Origin: Lingula anatina | Taxonomy: Eukaryota > Animalia > Brachiopoda | Assembly: GCA_051362555.1 (NCBI GenBank) | Contig: CM120648.1 | Location: 9,668,587 to 9,732,586 of the forward strand | Reading direction: 5' to 3' | DNA: 64,000 bases | Shown here: piece after piece, positions 63,692-64,000 of the stretch | Layout: every line of letters starts with the position of its first letter | Numbering within the stretch: the stretch's first letter is position 1 | Notes under the pieces: model-generated | Told to the model about the DNA's origin: nothing | Database searches by the model: none | The model's input: only the letters and a program-made list of their open reading frames with translations | Position numbers and translations under genes: made by a program

Positions 63692-64000
63692 GTAAGTATT
63701 CGCAGAAAAAAAAAGCGTTTTTGTAGAACGCAACATTGCATGCAGTTGCTTTTTTGTAACCAATGCCGAAGGTAAACTGTGCTCATTTCATCATTCACAT
63801 TGGATTATGAAAATTTTTTATTGTGAAATTAAATTCAAAATAACAGAAATAGCAGATAACTGAAAAGAATTAATAAAAATCATTTTATGGCCAATCAAAA
63901 CAAAAAGATGGAGTGAGCCCAGTCCTGTAGTACCATGTTTTGCTGACTCATTTATGGAAGTTTGTATAATGAGTGTATATATGATTTGCATATATATATA

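Overview
AT-rich animal genomic DNA, probably from a lophotrochozoan or mollusc (inferred from the repeat types and the Eph sequence). It is not prokaryotic, and almost all ORFs in the track are noise. One gene dominates the window: the 5' two-thirds of an Eph receptor tyrosine kinase on the + strand. I can splice it by hand, with GT-AG introns and matching phases, from 8383 to 63691. The order is signal peptide exon, small LBD exon, 37.5-kb intron, large LBD/sushi exon, EGF-like exon, two FN3 domains (two exons each), TM exon and juxtamembrane exons, about 636 codons in all. The kinase and SAM exons lie beyond the window. Upstream are two complete Helentron-associated/DINE-1-like (HINE) elements with internal satellite arrays of 146 bp and 159 bp. 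The introns hold several MITEs, one with a nested retroelement tail, and microsatellites. The most interesting signal is in the juxtamembrane region: a tandem 5' splice site followed by up to three candidate 45-48 nt phase-1/phase-1 mini-exons. Each encodes an N-G motif and ends in T, and one is followed by a dense TGCATG (Rbfox-type) cluster. This suggests a regulated, possibly mutually exclusive cassette system for the Eph juxtamembrane segment.
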